DNA of 63,290 nucleotides, filler included, from Octopus bimaculoides (GCF_001194135.2; 6 parts of 6 records of this genome joined end to end with filler, not necessarily neighbours in it), one strand, 5' to 3'; shown: positions 11,440 through 24,241, counted from the whole stretch's first letter. Notes: generated by a model not told the origin, from the sequence alone. A program made the numbers and translations.

Positions 11440-11995
11440 TAATAATGTAGACCCACATGGCGTACAGCTAATTCTAGTAAGGACACTAATAAATCACACA
11501 TCGTCCATTATAGAAAAGCTGATCGGTAGAAAATTAGGAAAAAAACTCTATATTCATTCATATGGAAACTAACATACCCAAAATTTTCTGCGAAAAACTT
11601 CCTACTTCGACATAAATACCACAACATTTTAAATAACTTTATTGAGAAACTTTCTTACTCTAAGGCTTCTAACTTAGCAGGTAATATCGCTCATTTTAGC
11701 CTGTTAAAGTCTAACCTAAGCACCAAAATATAGCAATAATTCGACTGGAAATAGGAATTCATTGACTCGTTCGGATAACAACATCATTAAGAACGAAGTT
11801 GAAGACTTTTCCTAGTATCACTATAGCGATATAGAAAGAACTAACTGTAACAATACATCAATTGTTAAGATCCTGATGAGAATAATGAAAATAAAACTAG
11901 TACCAATAGCAATAATACCATAGTTAACATGAGCAACAAGGAATTCCTATATTCCTATAGTGATAATACAAATTGTGATAATACAAATTTTTGTT
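11440..11995 (+). pseudogene. Decayed ORF of unknown origin with Asn/Ser-rich tail (possibly a retroelement N-terminal region)
   Basis: Successive open stretches across frameshifts: QLILVRTLINHTSSIIEKLIGRKLGKKL / KNFLLRHKYHNILNNFIEKLSYSKASNLAGNIAHF / SNNSTGNRNSLTRSDNNIIKNEVEDF / DPDENNENKTSTNSNN. Confidence 0.35.
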
Positions 11996-12029
11996 TTAGA
12001 CGGTGGTGAAGGTGGAGGAGGGAAGGTTT

Positions 12030-12460
12030 GTAATCGGGCATGATTGAAAAACGAGAAGAAAAGAGAGAGAAAGGAGAAAAAAAGGAAAAAAGGGAGAGAG
12101 AGAGAGAAGGCAAATGAAGACGTGGGGAGGAAAAATTCAGGTGTAGGGAGAAAAAAAAAAGCAAAAGGCGTGAAGAGTAAAAAATGCAAAAGGCATGAGG
12201 AGAAAAAATATAAGAGGTGGGAGAAAAATAATAACATGGAAAGAAAGGACGAAGAAGGAAGACACAGAGAGAAAAGGTGTAAGAAGGGGAGAAGAGAAGA
12301 CGAAAGGGGAAAAGAAAGGGAGGGAGAGAGAGGCAAGGTAACAGGTGAGGATTAGAGAAAACAGAGTAAGAACAACCAGAGTAGGAAGAAATGACAATAG
12401 GAAAATGCAGAAAGGGCAAAAGAAATTTGGAAAGTATAAAAAAGTTAAGAAAAGTTCAAA
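12030..12460. repeat. Purine-rich (GA-rich) low-complexity tract
   Basis: Plus strand overwhelmingly A/G. Confidence 0.8.
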
Positions 12461-12479
12461 AGTTTCAAAAGCTTCAAAC

Positions 12480-13765
12480 GTCGTGGTGTATTGGAGCGAT
12501 TTCGCATCAATGAGAAAGTCCAGTGTAATCCATAGGTAGGAGAGGTGTAGCTGAAGTGTAGGAGAGTAGAAAGTCCAGGTAGAATAGTCCGAAGTGTAGA
12601 ATGTTTAGAAAAAGCAAAAAGTTCATTGGGTTATGAGGTAGAGGCAGGATCACACTGGTGCGACCACGTGAGCGTGTAATATATGGGGAGAATTCACACA
12701 CACAAAAAAAAAACAAAAGACGAAGACAGGTGTTGTAGACAACAAACATATGTATTAGTTTAACGCTCGTGAAGTGAGAAAGTCTTTAACGTTTCGAGCC
12801 TACGCTCTTCCACGGAAAGGAACACAAAAAGAAGCAGGGAGAGAAAATAAAGAGTGTGTAGTAGCTAGCGATCATGGCGAATGCCGGACAGAGGACTCAC
12901 ACAGGAGAGCTAGGAAGAAGGGGTGATAATATAGTAGTGGTAATCCCAAAACGAAGGTGAGCGTGCATGTGTATAAGAGAACATTATGTGCGTGTGGAAG
13001 AGGAACGGTGACCTTGACGTGTGCGTGTGTGCATGTGTAAGCATGTGGATGATGGTGTGGGTGCTGGGAAGTGGTCAGTGCTAGTGTATGCGTGGTGGTG
13101 TGATGTGATGTTGTGTGGTATAGTGGTGTGTGGTGGTATGTGGTGTGGTGTGGTGGATTTGGGATGTGGGGGAGGCGAGAGTGGAGACAGCAAGGGTGGG
13201 GTGTGGGTTAGGATGAGGGTGGGGGTAGTGGTGGGGTATAAGGGAGGGGGTGGAAGGGATGGGATGNNNNNNNNNNNNNNNNNNNNNNNNNNNNNNNNNN
13301 NNNNNNNNNNNNNNNNNNNNNNNNNNNNNNNNNNNNNNNNNNNNNNNNNNNNNNNNNNNNNNNNNNNNNNNNNNNNNNNNNNNNNNNNNNNNNNNNNNNN
13401 NNNNNNNNNNNNNNNNNNNNNNNNNNNNNNNNNNNNNNNNNNNNNNNNNNNNNNNNNNNNNNNNNNNNNNNNNNNNNNNNNNNNNNNNNNNNNNNNNNNN
13501 NNNNNNNNNNNNNNNNNNNNNNNNNNNNNNNNNNNNNNNNNNNNNNNNNNNNNNCAAAGGAGCGAAGAAAGAAGATTAATCTCTGTTCACGGCGAAGACG
13601 GAAGTCCGGATGGCCCCTGTGCAAGGGCAATCCGAACACAGACAGGTGTTGCAAAGAGTGACCGGTAGAGCGGAAATGGCGTGAGACCGGGGTGTCATTG
13701 CCGAGTCGGATGTCTCGGAGGTGTTCTGCGAACCAGTCAGCCAAGCGGCGTCACATGCATGTATG
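12480..13765 (-). mobile_element. Penelope-like element 3' end (Neptune-like), copy 1
   Basis: GIY-YIG C-terminus RRLADWFAEHLRDIRLGNDTPVSRHFRSTGHS...RLRREQRLIFFLRSF, gap, CA/CCA-rich 3' UTR and hammerhead-bearing terminus homologous to 27077-27986. Confidence 0.8.
12783..12820 (-). ncRNA. Minimal hammerhead-like motif with variant core, in PLE copy 1
   Basis: Minus strand CTTT-CCGTGGAA-GAGC gtag GCTC-GAAAC-GTT-AAAG. Confidence 0.55.
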
Positions 13766-14193
13766 GGTACAGGACGTCACCAACGGTGTAAATAACAGGA
13801 AATACGTACACAAACGAGTTAAATACGTAAACAACGAGAAAATGGGAAACATGAAAAGTAAGCACAAAGAAAGGACCCTTCATCAGTTGTCGGCTGTCTA
13901 TCTACTCATTTCGAGTATTCAACGACAATATGAGACTTCAAAGACAGTTGCTCTCATAAATTCTTAAATGAAATTTAAGATTTATGGAGGGTCGAACTTG
14001 CAAACAAAAACATGACAGTGGAGACATACAATATATACATAATTATATATATATGTATACACACACTCATACACACACAGCCAGACACATAATAATATAT
14101 TTCCTTTTTGGATTTGGTTTGCAAGAGTCTTTATGTGAGTTCCTGTGTTGAAGCATATTCTGTTGTGTCTGGGAAGAGTCATCTTACCCCACA

Positions 14194-14251
<58 letters not shown>

Positions 14252-14542
14252 TGTGTCCGTGTGTCCCTCTCACCACCGTCTAACGGGAAGGGATACAATG
14301 TTTTAGATACATATATGCAAATATAAACCTACATATACTTATATACAAGCACAAACAATCATATAAACACGTATAGACACTCACATATATACGTATAATC
14401 ATAAAGTATACACATGTATACGCTTATCCATCTACACATATATATGTCACTATTTTCGCAGATAACGGTTAAAATTCAAATTTGAAAACAATTTTATTTT
14501 TATTTTAATTTTATTATACATAGACATATACACATATATATG

Positions 14543-14577
<35 letters not shown>

Positions 14578-14744
14578 ACATACACACGCACGCTAAAATA
14601 CACATAAATCTGCACAAACGTACATACATATTAATCTCTGTACACTCATACGATTAGGTATAACTAAACATACGCATTTCAGTATCATGCATTTCAGCAT
14701 GAATGTATGGATTTCTACATGTAAATGATAGAAAGGGGTGATTA

Positions 14745-14905
14745 TATACGGGTATTCACTAGTGGAATCTGGACGTTACCCCATTCGGATTTACGGTTGA
14801 GGGTTGGTTTGCATTCCTGTATACAGACAGCTTCAGTGACTTGTCTTAGCATTGCATCAGTGGGATGTGTAGATATGATGTCTACACGTCTACACACTGA
14901 CATAC
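14745..14905 (-). mobile_element. Penelope-like element GIY-YIG C-terminal fragment
   Basis: HPTDAMLRQVTEAVCIQECKPTLNRKSEWGN resembles PLE endonuclease ends. Confidence 0.6.
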
Positions 14906-14924
14906 CTAAATACTCACATACATG

Positions 14925-15205
14925 CGTAAGTACATAAGTACATACATACATACATACATACATACATACATGCGTATAGGTCTGCGCGCATGCATGCGCA
15001 TGTGCACATATGCATATGTAATACTTACATGCACACATACATACATACGTATATACATACGTTCATACGTACGTACGTACATACGTACATACATACTTAC
15101 ATACATACATACATACATACGTACGTACATACATACATACATACATACATACATGCATACATACATACATACATACGTATGTACGTACATACATACGTAT
15201 ATATC
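14925..15205. repeat. (TACA)n/(TACG)n microsatellite
   Basis: Imperfect tetranucleotide array. Confidence 0.9.
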
Positions 15206-15231
15206 ATGAACTAACTGTTACTTTCTCAGAT

Positions 15232-15420
15232 GTAGCACAGAATTTTGTCAGTGAACAGGTCACGGTCTCAAAGCGACGAAAACTATTGTGGCAAATTAAA
15301 TTTATATGTTGAACTGAATCTAACGGTTTTTGTGTGTTTTTAAATGGCTTATAAACACCTTCCACGCTGCAATTGTTTTTCGTTTCAGCACACGATCTCA
15401 GATCAGATCACTTGCTATGC
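15232..15420. mobile_element. Foldback MITE, right part (same family as 42621-42870)
   Basis: AGCACAGAATTTTGTC..GAACAGGTC..GAATCTAACGGTTTT..AAATGGCTTATAAACACCTTCCACGCTGCAATTG shared with the 42.7-kb copy. Confidence 0.75.
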
Positions 15421-15457
15421 AAGTACATCTCCATAATATAATATATATGTATATATT

Positions 15458-15818
15458 TCTCCTATTTGTTTCAGTAATTTGACTGCGCCCATACTGGAGC
15501 ACCGCCTTTGGTCGAACCCGTCGATTCCAGGACTTATTCTTTGTAAGCCTAGTACTTATCCTATCGGTCTTTTACCAAACCACTAAGTTACGGGGACGTA
15601 TGCACACCAACATCGGTTGTCAAGCGATGGTGGGGGGACAAACACAGATACACTAACATACACACACACATATATGTATGTATATACATACGACGGGCTT
15701 CTTTCCGTTTCTGTATACCAAATCCTCTCACAAGGCTTTAGCCGGCCCGAGGTGTCACGCAGTGGGACTGAACCCGGAACCATGTGGTTGGTAAGCAAGC
15801 TACTTACCCCACAGTCAT
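15458..15818 (-). mobile_element. SINE family B
   Basis: Same head, core and tail as 3385-3832. Confidence 0.88.
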
Positions 15819-16239
15819 ATATATATATATATATATATATATANNNNNNNNNNNNNNNNNNNNNNNNNNNNNNNNNNNNNNNNNNNNNNNNNNNNNNNNN
15901 NNNNNNNNNNNNNNNNNNNNNNNNNNNNNNNNNNNNNNNNNNNNNNNNNNNNNNNNNNNNNNNNNNNNNNNNNNNNNNNNNNNNNNNNNNNNNNNNNNNN
16001 NNNNNNNNNNNNNNNNNNNNNNNNNNNNNNNNNNNNNNNNNNNNNNNNNNNNNNNNNNNNNNNNNNNNNNNNNNNNNNNNNNNNNNNNNNNNNNNNNNNN
16101 NNNNNNNNNNNNNNNNNNNNNNNNNNNNNNNNNNNNNNNNNNNNNNNNNNNNNNNNNNNNNNNNNNNNNNNNNNNNNNNNNNNNNNNNNNNNNNNNNNNN
16201 NNNNNNNNNNNNNNNNNNNNNNNNNNNNNNNNNNNNNNC

Positions 16240-16555
16240 GAAAGACACCTGTGGTTATGTCCTGTGTAACATTTCTTTGTTTTTTTTTCCGTCCTTTTTT
16301 TCGTATACATTCGCTGCTTTCTTCCAAGGAATCTAATGCTCTTAGCTTAGTTTTTCCATGGGGCTGGCCAGATTGGAACAATCTTGGGTATAACCAGCCG
16401 AAATTGCAAAGATAATCTGGAACTCGACTGAGGATAGAAAACTCCGAATGACCCGTCCTTGTTTTCTTTGTATTGTCTGTCTAGATGGTTTGTTGTCTCT
16501 TTTTTGTATCACCTAACTGTCTGGATGTTTTACGTTCTTGTCCCATTTTTGTATT
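16240..16555 (+). repeat. Unclassified interspersed repeat (second copy 43390-43545, minus); possibly a PLE terminus
   Basis: GACTGAGGATAGAAAACTCCGAATGACCCGTC...CTGTCTGGATGTTTTA versus the reverse complement of 43390-43545 (GACTGACGAAAGAAGGCTACGAATGACCCGTC...GTCCGGATGTTTTA). Confidence 0.55.
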
Positions 16556-16589
16556 TTATATTTATATATATATAACCTAGATAAAACGT

Positions 16590-17165
16590 AGATATGTTTC
16601 GACCAAAGATTGGCGCAGGTCATGTCTCATGTCTAACTATTGCACGACCTCATAGTATTATCTAAATCCTTTTTAAGTCAAGTTTTGTGGTATCATGGCC
16701 CATTCGAGTAGGGAGTACTTGTTGAGTAAGGTAGCTTATCTGGTATTCCTTGTAGAAATTTACTCAGATTCCGTTTAAAGGTAATGAGATCCTTTTCCTC
16801 TTTGATCTGCTTCGGGATAATGCTAAATAAGACAGGGCCTGTTGAGGAAAAGAAATTGTGTTGCAATGTATTTATGTGTTGTGATACTGAATTGGATAGG
16901 GGACGTATTTTCGAGATGTTTTGTTTTGTATGGGAGACGACAAAGGGCAGCAGTATTCCAGCTGTGGCCGTACAAAGGAGGAGAAAAGTGGAATGATGAC
17001 AACTAGTTTTCTGAACAGGAAGGTTCTTAGGATCCAGGATCCAGGAGCTCATCCTACTGGATATATCGACCTTATTGTTGATGCGGGCCTTCCAACTGAG
17101 ATTGTTATCAACAATTACTCCCAAGTCTCTGATATTATTACATGATGAAGAGAGGTTATTTTCCT
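16590..17165 (-). mobile_element. CR1-type LINE 3' fragment
   Basis: NIRDLGVIVDNNLSWKARIN and FFSSTGPVLFSIIPKQIK...FKRNLSKFLQGIPDK are typical CR1/L2 post-RT motifs. Confidence 0.8.
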
Positions 17166-17384
17166 CTTTCACTTGTTTCAGTCATCTTGTTTCAGTCTTA
17201 CTTGTTTCAGACTGCGGCCATGGTGGAGTAACGCCTTTCTAGTCGAAGAAATCGACTCCAGGACTTATTCATTGTAAGCCCGGTACTTATTCTATCAGTG
17301 TCTTTTGCTAAACTGCTAAATTACGGGGACGTAAACACAACATCTGTTGTCAAGCGATGGTGTTGGGGGACAAACACAGGCGTA

Positions 17385-17435
<51 letters not shown>

Positions 17436-17587
17436 CGGGATTTTTAGTTTCCGTCTACTAAATCCTCTCACAAGGCTTTGGTCGGTCCGTGGCTACAGTA
17501 GAAGACAGTCGCCGAAGGTGTCACGCAGTGGGACTGAACCTGGAACTATATGGTTGCGAAGCAAGCTTATTTCCACACAGCCACGCT
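17165..17587 (-). mobile_element. SINE family B
   Basis: Same head, core and tail, with an internal (CA)n. Confidence 0.88.
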
Positions 17588-17660
17588 TCTCCTTTTATAC
17601 TTGTATTATATATATACTTGTATATATATATATATTTGTGTGTGTATATGTGTGTGTGTA

Positions 17661-17699
<39 letters not shown>

Positions 17700-18043
17700 T
17701 AAACGTAAATTGACGTTTAATATATTCTTTCACCTCTGCCACTATCTGGCATATACAGGTGCTTACACTTATCAAGTATNNNNNNNNNNNNNNNNNNNNN
17801 NNNNNNNNNNNNNNNNNNNNNNNNNNNNNNNNNNNNNNNNNNNNNNNNNNNNNNNNNNNNNNNNNNNNNNNNNNNNNNNNNNNNNNNNNNNNNNNNNNNN
17901 NNNNNNNNNNNNNNNNNNNNNNNNNNNNNNNNNNNNNNNNNNNNNNNNNNNNNNNNNNNNNNNNNNNNNNNNNNNNNNNNNNNNNNNNNNNNNNNNNNAT
18001 ATATTTGTGTATGTATATGTATATTTTTGTATGTCTGTATATA

Positions 18044-19346
18044 CAAGGTTTCCACAAAGACACTCCCTGATTTTAAACAGATATAACATGTAATTTTATT
18101 GTTATAATCTATCACAGTTAGTAGCTTCAGATGCAGGTTTTCATTCAGCCTCATGTGGTGTAAGGTAGCATTAAAAGTACTCAACGTGCGCCCCTCTGGT
18201 TGCTCGGAAATCATCGATGCGATAATCCAGTTCGGTTCAGACGCTCAGCAGCATATCTGGACTTACCATGCGAACTGCTTCAGTGATCAAAATTTTCAGG
18301 GTTGCAGGCAGTGGTGGTACGCAACTGTGCTTTTCACGTAACCCCAAAGAAAGAAGTCACAAACAGCTAGGTCTGCTGACCTCTCAGGTCACTTGCAGAA
18401 CACCTGATCTCGTGCAGCACGACCAATCCATCCGTTTAGCAAATGCTCAGTGAGAAATCTCTTGACAGCGGTGGAGCACCATCTTGCTGGAAAAGGTAGT
18501 CATCACCCTCAGCAGCTGGTTGTGGAAACATCCAATTAGTCAGCATCTCCTGGTAACTTTGACCAGTAACAATTCCTCCCTCAAAAAAGAAAGGGCTGTA
18601 CACTATCCTCTCTGATACAGCACAAAACACACTAACTTTTGGTGAGTCTCTATATTCATGTCCCCATATCCTTATGTTATGCCTATTGACTTTACCGTTC
18701 AAATGAAATGTCGCCTCATCACTGAAAATGATTTTTGAGAGCAGGTTATTATCTTCCATTAATTGTTTGATATTCTCACAAAATTCAAATTGCATTCCAC
18801 TATCTTTCGGGTGAAGTTTTGGATTAAGTTTAAGGGTGGAACTTTAGGTGTTTGTGTAGGATCTTGCAAATTGTGCTTTTGGGGGAGGTGTAACTCTCGG
18901 CTAGCTCTTCGTATTGACTTTTTGAGGCTGTGCACTAATTTTCTTCTAACTCGATCAATAATTTCCTCTGATACTAATGGTCGGCCAGAATGTCCTTTTT
19001 TCTGATCACAGATACATCCTTTCTGACTAAAATCATTGTGCCATTTGCGAATGGACATGGGTGTAGGTGGAATCGTATGATACCTGAGTCAGAAAGCACG
19101 TTTGCACGGCCACAAAACTGTTTGATCTTGCAAATTCAAGTATACACCAGCTGCGTTGCAGTGGGGTGATGGCCATTTTTAGATTTCTTTACATCCCTGT
19201 GGTTTTCAGGTCAAAGATGTCTAATCACATGAAAAAAAAAATGAAATAACTTGTTAGAGAACCAGTTCACAACATGTTTATGAATATATTTGAATTAGTT
19301 AAAATATCATAACATCGTGAAATCAGAGAGTGTTTTTGTGGACACC

Positions 19347-19349
<3 letters not shown>
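18044..19349 (-). mobile_element. Tc1/mariner-superfamily transposon, DD41D (Visitor/rosa)-like, complete ends
   Basis: 30-bp TIRs 18044-18073 and 19320-19349 (26/30; CAGGGTGTCCACAAA...), TA flanks; 1306 bp. Confidence 0.88.
18171..19176 (-). pseudogene. DD41D-like transposase, frameshifted and partly deleted
   Basis: MAITPLQRSWCILEFARSNS...; SIRKWH...GRP...KKSIRRASREL; IIFSDEATFHLNGKVNRHNIRIWG; FQQDGAPP; WIGR...(W)PERSADLAVCDFFLWGYV; ends AHVEYF*. Confidence 0.87.
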
Positions 19350-19384
<35 letters not shown>

Positions 19385-20467
19385 AGAGAAAGAAAGAGAG
19401 CTGAGGGGTGGTGCATATGTTAGAGCGGAACTTAAGCTAAATAAATGTTTGTTAGGAATTAAATGAAGGTAAAATAGAAAGACCTAAAGAATAAGAAAAT
19501 ATTAGAAAATTTTATGATAGTAGGGAAAAGAAAGGCAGAAATGTACGGTGTTAAAATATAGAAAATGAGTGCAGACCATTGATTCCATATAAGAACCACA
19601 GAAGGGTCAAATTTCAAAGGCCAAGAGTTAAGAAACGATATCTAAAGAGATACCGATATCTAGAAAGAGACGTAATTAGAGATTTTGAGAATAGGACCTA
19701 ATGAGACGGAGAGATTGGGGAAAGAAGGATATCTGTCCGTCTGTCTATCTGTCTGTCTGCTGTCTGTCTCTGCTTGTCTCTCTCTCTCTCTCAAGCATAC
19801 TCACATATATATTAAGAGAGAGGGAGAGAGAGAGAGAGAGAGAGAGAGATAAAGATATAGCAAGTGTGTTGGATACGGAGAGACTGAGAGAGAGGGAGGC
19901 AAATTATAGGTAAAGGAAAAATTAGAGACACATCTGAAAAAAAATCTGAAAAACCATACACACATATACACACACGTATCCCTCCCCCGCGCATCACACG
20001 CATGTACGCGCACGCACACATACACACTGCACAAGTACACATGTATATAACTATTCCAGAGAGTCAATAGAGATATCTGTGATCTGAGGCTGAACTAACA
20101 TTTAATTAGGTATGACTAATAGTAATTAATACATGACAATGGCAAGCACCAGGCAATTCTCGCACCACTGGACAAACATTTGTGCGAGAAGTAGAACTGG
20201 TGACTCTATAAACCCAGAAATATCTTCATAGATAGGTTCACACAAAACGAATATATATTTGTTAGTAGAGAATGACAGACAAACATGCAAATGGATAATT
20301 ATACGTAGCGATAGACAGAGACTAACAGACGAACAAATAAACATGCAATTATAAGTCGGATTGCAAACAAGCAAAAAATACATAGTTATAAATTGGTAGA
20401 CGGCAAAATTCATAGACATAAAATATTCGTAACTTTCCTGTGAAAATCTGTCAGCTGATTAGACTAA

Positions 20468-20509
20468 ACTGTGCTGATAAGGTCTAATAAATCGAAACAC
20501 GTCCATATT
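20468..20509 (+). ncRNA. Degenerate minimal hammerhead-like motif
   Basis: TGTG-CTGATAA-GGT ctaataa ATC-GAAAC-AC-GTC-CATA; G8A core change; GUC triplet. Confidence 0.45.
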
Positions 20510-21604
20510 TGGTCCTTGTCTGTGAGCAAAGATCAAATTAACTTTGAGAGATTGTTAATTTCTTAAAATAATCTCGCCCAATTTTCTGTTTCTTTTAAGA
20601 GTCACAAACAATTGCAGCAACAGTTTTTTTCTCTCATCCCAACTAACAAGTAAATTTCAATTCATTAAGACTCTTCAATAAGACAGACAGATAGATGTAA
20701 AGACAGAAATATAGACAAACAAATAACAAAGATTACAAATAGACAAATAGACAGAAATATCGATGTTTGGAAATAATAAGTTCAGCATATACAAGTAACT
20801 ACATACGTTACTCATGCACAACTCATTCTCTTACACTCATGTAATAACACGTGCATACACCACATCACTTACAGACACTCGAATATGTTCACACTCAAAA
20901 GTAGACACATAACATACATTCACACAGGCACGGCATACGCACGCACACAAATATGCATCTGCAAATACTCATACATGTCAGCAAACCTTACAACGTACAT
21001 ACACATACCACATATTCTCTCATAACAAGCATACTTATTAACAGCGTGCTATATTTTTTTGTGATATGAAATGATTCATCTGAAACAGGCTTTATCTCAA
21101 AGAAACAGACATTTTCTAGCATTGTCGATTGTCTTCTAGATATCGCTTCAGCAAAATATTATTCTCTATTCTTCTTCCCTCGCAGTTTTTCATTGTTCAT
21201 CACACCTTATACATTTCATTTATCTCTCATAATACCCTGATATATTGTCTCCTCACCTGTACTGTAGTTTTGTTCCTATCATTTCAACCATCACCTCTTT
21301 CTACATCATCGAATATTGCTCAGTACTGATTATTCATTCAATTGCCTTTCAAACTGATGGAATCTCCAAAGCTGTCTAGCCTATCTAACCACCAATATAC
21401 TCGACCATCTTTTTTGTTCTAGCATATTCGGCATTTATTGATTAGGAAATATACTACTCCACTTAGATGAAAAAAAAGTCGTTTATCGGTGTGAAGAAAT
21501 ATCAAAGAATTTGTCAAAAATGAAATTAAAAAAAAAGTCTATGAATACTTCCCAGTGTTGATGGTAATGATGATGCTGATGAGGAAAATTGTTTCATCAT
21601 CAGT

Positions 21605-23888
21605 GCAAATTCGAAAAAGTTAGGAAGAAGTATGGTGTAAATACAAAAGGCCTGAATGTTGTAATTGAATAACTGAAATAGCGCATACTTACAACAAAAG
21701 CAAAGCTAACTAGGTTTGAACAACGGATTAAGCAATACCGTCAAAACAAATTGTTTAGAACCGACCAAAAAAGATTTTATAAAGAGTTTAATGATAATAA
21801 AAAACGTGAAATATTAGCCCCTGATGCTGATGAAAGCCGACTTTTCTGAGCTAAAATATGGAGTAAGCAAGAACAACATAATACTATAGCTGAATGGCTC
21901 TGCAACCTGAAGCAAACAGCTTCTTATCCCCAGCAAGAGGCTATCCACTTCTCAGAAGACTGAATCAGAAATATGAGTAAAAAGACAAGCAATTGGAAAG
22001 GAGCAGGACTGATTGTGTACAGGGATTTTGTATAAAACAAAAAAGACTCAGTAAATGCCATAAATTGATCGCAATTTAATGCATTGATCAATGGAGAAGA
22101 AGAAGAAATCCAGGGTTGGTTGACAAATGGACGGACAGAAGGATGCATCAAAGGGAAATGCTGCTGATAATTACAGGCCAATTTCTTGTCTCCCATTAAG
22201 ATAGAAGTTACTGTCAGAAGGAATTGCAGAAAAACTGTACAAATTTCTTGATGAGAACGATATATTACCGATGGAACAAAAAGACTGTAGAAGGAGATGC
22301 AGAGGTACCAAAGATGAATTATTGATGGAAAAAATGGTAATGCAAGATTGTAAACGAAGGAGAACAAATCTGGGAATGGCCTGGATTGACTATCGCAAAG
22401 CTTACGATATGATTTCACATTCGTGGATCATCGAGTGCTTAGATCTGTTTGGGCACTCTGGGTATCACAAGAGTGATTTTCCAGGATGATAGCATATATC
22501 CATTGCTTTTTGTACTCTGCATGATACCTCTGACCTTGGTACTTAGGAAAATGAACCTGCGGCACCAACTAAAGACAAAATCCCAAACAATCAACCACCT
22601 CCGCTTCATGGATGATTTGAAACTCTATGGCAAGGATGAGACAAAAGTGAGTACCTTGGTGAGTACAATCCACTGTTCTAGAGATGATATTAGAATGGAA
22701 TTTGGACTTAAGAAGTGCGGAATAATTTACCTAAAAAGAGGCAAGGTACAGAGCTTAGCAGGGAATAGAGACTTGATTAAAAAAATTGAAACGGAAGGCT
22801 ACAAATACCTTGGTGTAGTAGAGGTCAACGAGATAATGGAGAAGAAAATGAAAGAGCAACTGAGGAAGGAATATTTCCGAAGACTAAGGTTGGTGTTGCG
22901 TTCAAAATTGACCGGATAGAATAAAATCCAAACAGTTAATACGTGAGCATCACTTCGGTATGGAGCGGGTATTATAAAATGGCAAAAGAGAGAAGTGAAG
23001 AAAATGGATACCAAGACCAGAAAAATGTCGACAGTACACGAGATTTCCACCCTAAGAGTGACACAGATAGGCTGCACTTGTCTAGAAGAAAGGGTGGGAG
23101 GGGTTTGATTAGTTGTCAGGATTATATCGAAACAGAGGAAAACAGTTTAGGGTGGTATATAAAAATGCCATGGAACCATTGCTGAAACACACGAAGGCCG
23201 GCGCCATCAAAACTGAAAATTGTGTAATGGACGAAAAATTCAAAGAAGAAATGAACACAAAAATGAAAAAGGATGGAAGGAAAGAAAATGTATGGTCAGT
23301 TTGCAAGAGATGTGAACGCTAAGAGAAATACAAAGCGGTGGTTATGGGTAAGGAGGAGTGACCTGAATAGAGACAGAAGAACTCATATGCGCAGTTCAAG
23401 AACAAGCATGTGAAGTGCTGAATAGACAACACCACCGACAGCGACAAATGCAGAATGTGTGGTGAGAGGTGTGAAACAGTATGGCACATCGTTAGCGAAT
23501 GCCGGAAATTGGCACAACGTGAATACAAAAGACGCCATGACAATGTGGCAAGAATGAGCAAAGAACAAAGACGTGGTATGAACAAACCCCAGAAGGAGTC
23601 ACTGAGAATGAGAATTGCAAAATTCTGTTGGATGCAATGATTCAACATATAGCATGCTCCGTTGACGGGATCAACGTGAAAGAGGAAAAAATAACTATGA
23701 CGATTTGAAGCCGGAAATATGAAGGTTGCGGTTAATGAAGAGAGTAGACGTGATATCAATAGTAATTGGTGCACTTGGGAGTGTCAGCACTCGACTACCA
23801 ACTTGGTAGAAAAAGGTTGGTACAAGTGTGAAGGCAGAACACCGACAAAAATTAGCATTGCTTGGAAATTTTGGGGGAGGGAGCTAGT
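21605..23888 (+). mobile_element. R4/Dong-type (RLE) non-LTR retrotransposon, decayed
   Basis: RQNKLFRTDQKRFY; [24 protein letters not shown]; IFQDD..PLLFVLCMIPL; FMDDLKLY; HPKSDTDRLHLSRRKGGRGL; Zn knuckle CRMCGERCETVWHIVSEC...YKRRHDNVAR. Confidence 0.9.
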
Positions 23889-24126
23889 NNNNNNNNNNNN
23901 NNNNNNNNNNNNNNNNNNNNNNNNNNNNNNNNNNNNNNNNNNNNNNNNNNNNNNNNNNNNNNNNNNNNNNNNNNNNNNNNNNNNNNNNNNNNNNNNNNNN
24001 NNNNNNNNNNNNNNNNNNNNNNNNNNNNNNNNNNNNNNNNNNNNNNNNNNNNNNNNNNNNNNNNNNNNNNNNNNNNNNNNNNNNNNNNNNNNNNNNNNNN
24101 NNNNNNNNNNNNNNNNNNNNNNNNNN

Positions 24127-24222
<96 letters not shown>

Positions 24223-24241
24223 GAAGAAGAAGAAGAAGAAC
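24127..24241. repeat. Compound (TGA)n(TAA)n(GAA)n microsatellite
   Basis: Direct reading. Confidence 0.95.

Noticed and set aside
11727-11860. Frame with many TAA/TAG stops that reads well if they encode Gln (ciliate-like code or CpA hypermutation)
   Set aside because: The adjacent frame is nearly open and Asn/Ser-rich (AAT/AAC/AGT codons), which generates those stops; a frameshift explains it.
13870-13935. GAAA...CTGATGA on the minus strand as a type II hammerhead
   Set aside because: Stems I and III cannot be paired; probably a truncated repeat end.
16425-16465. CTGAGGA...GAAT hammerhead-like string (and CTGACGA...GAAT at about 43505-43540, minus)
   Set aside because: GAAT rather than GAAA, no stem I pairing and no valid stem III/NUH by eye.
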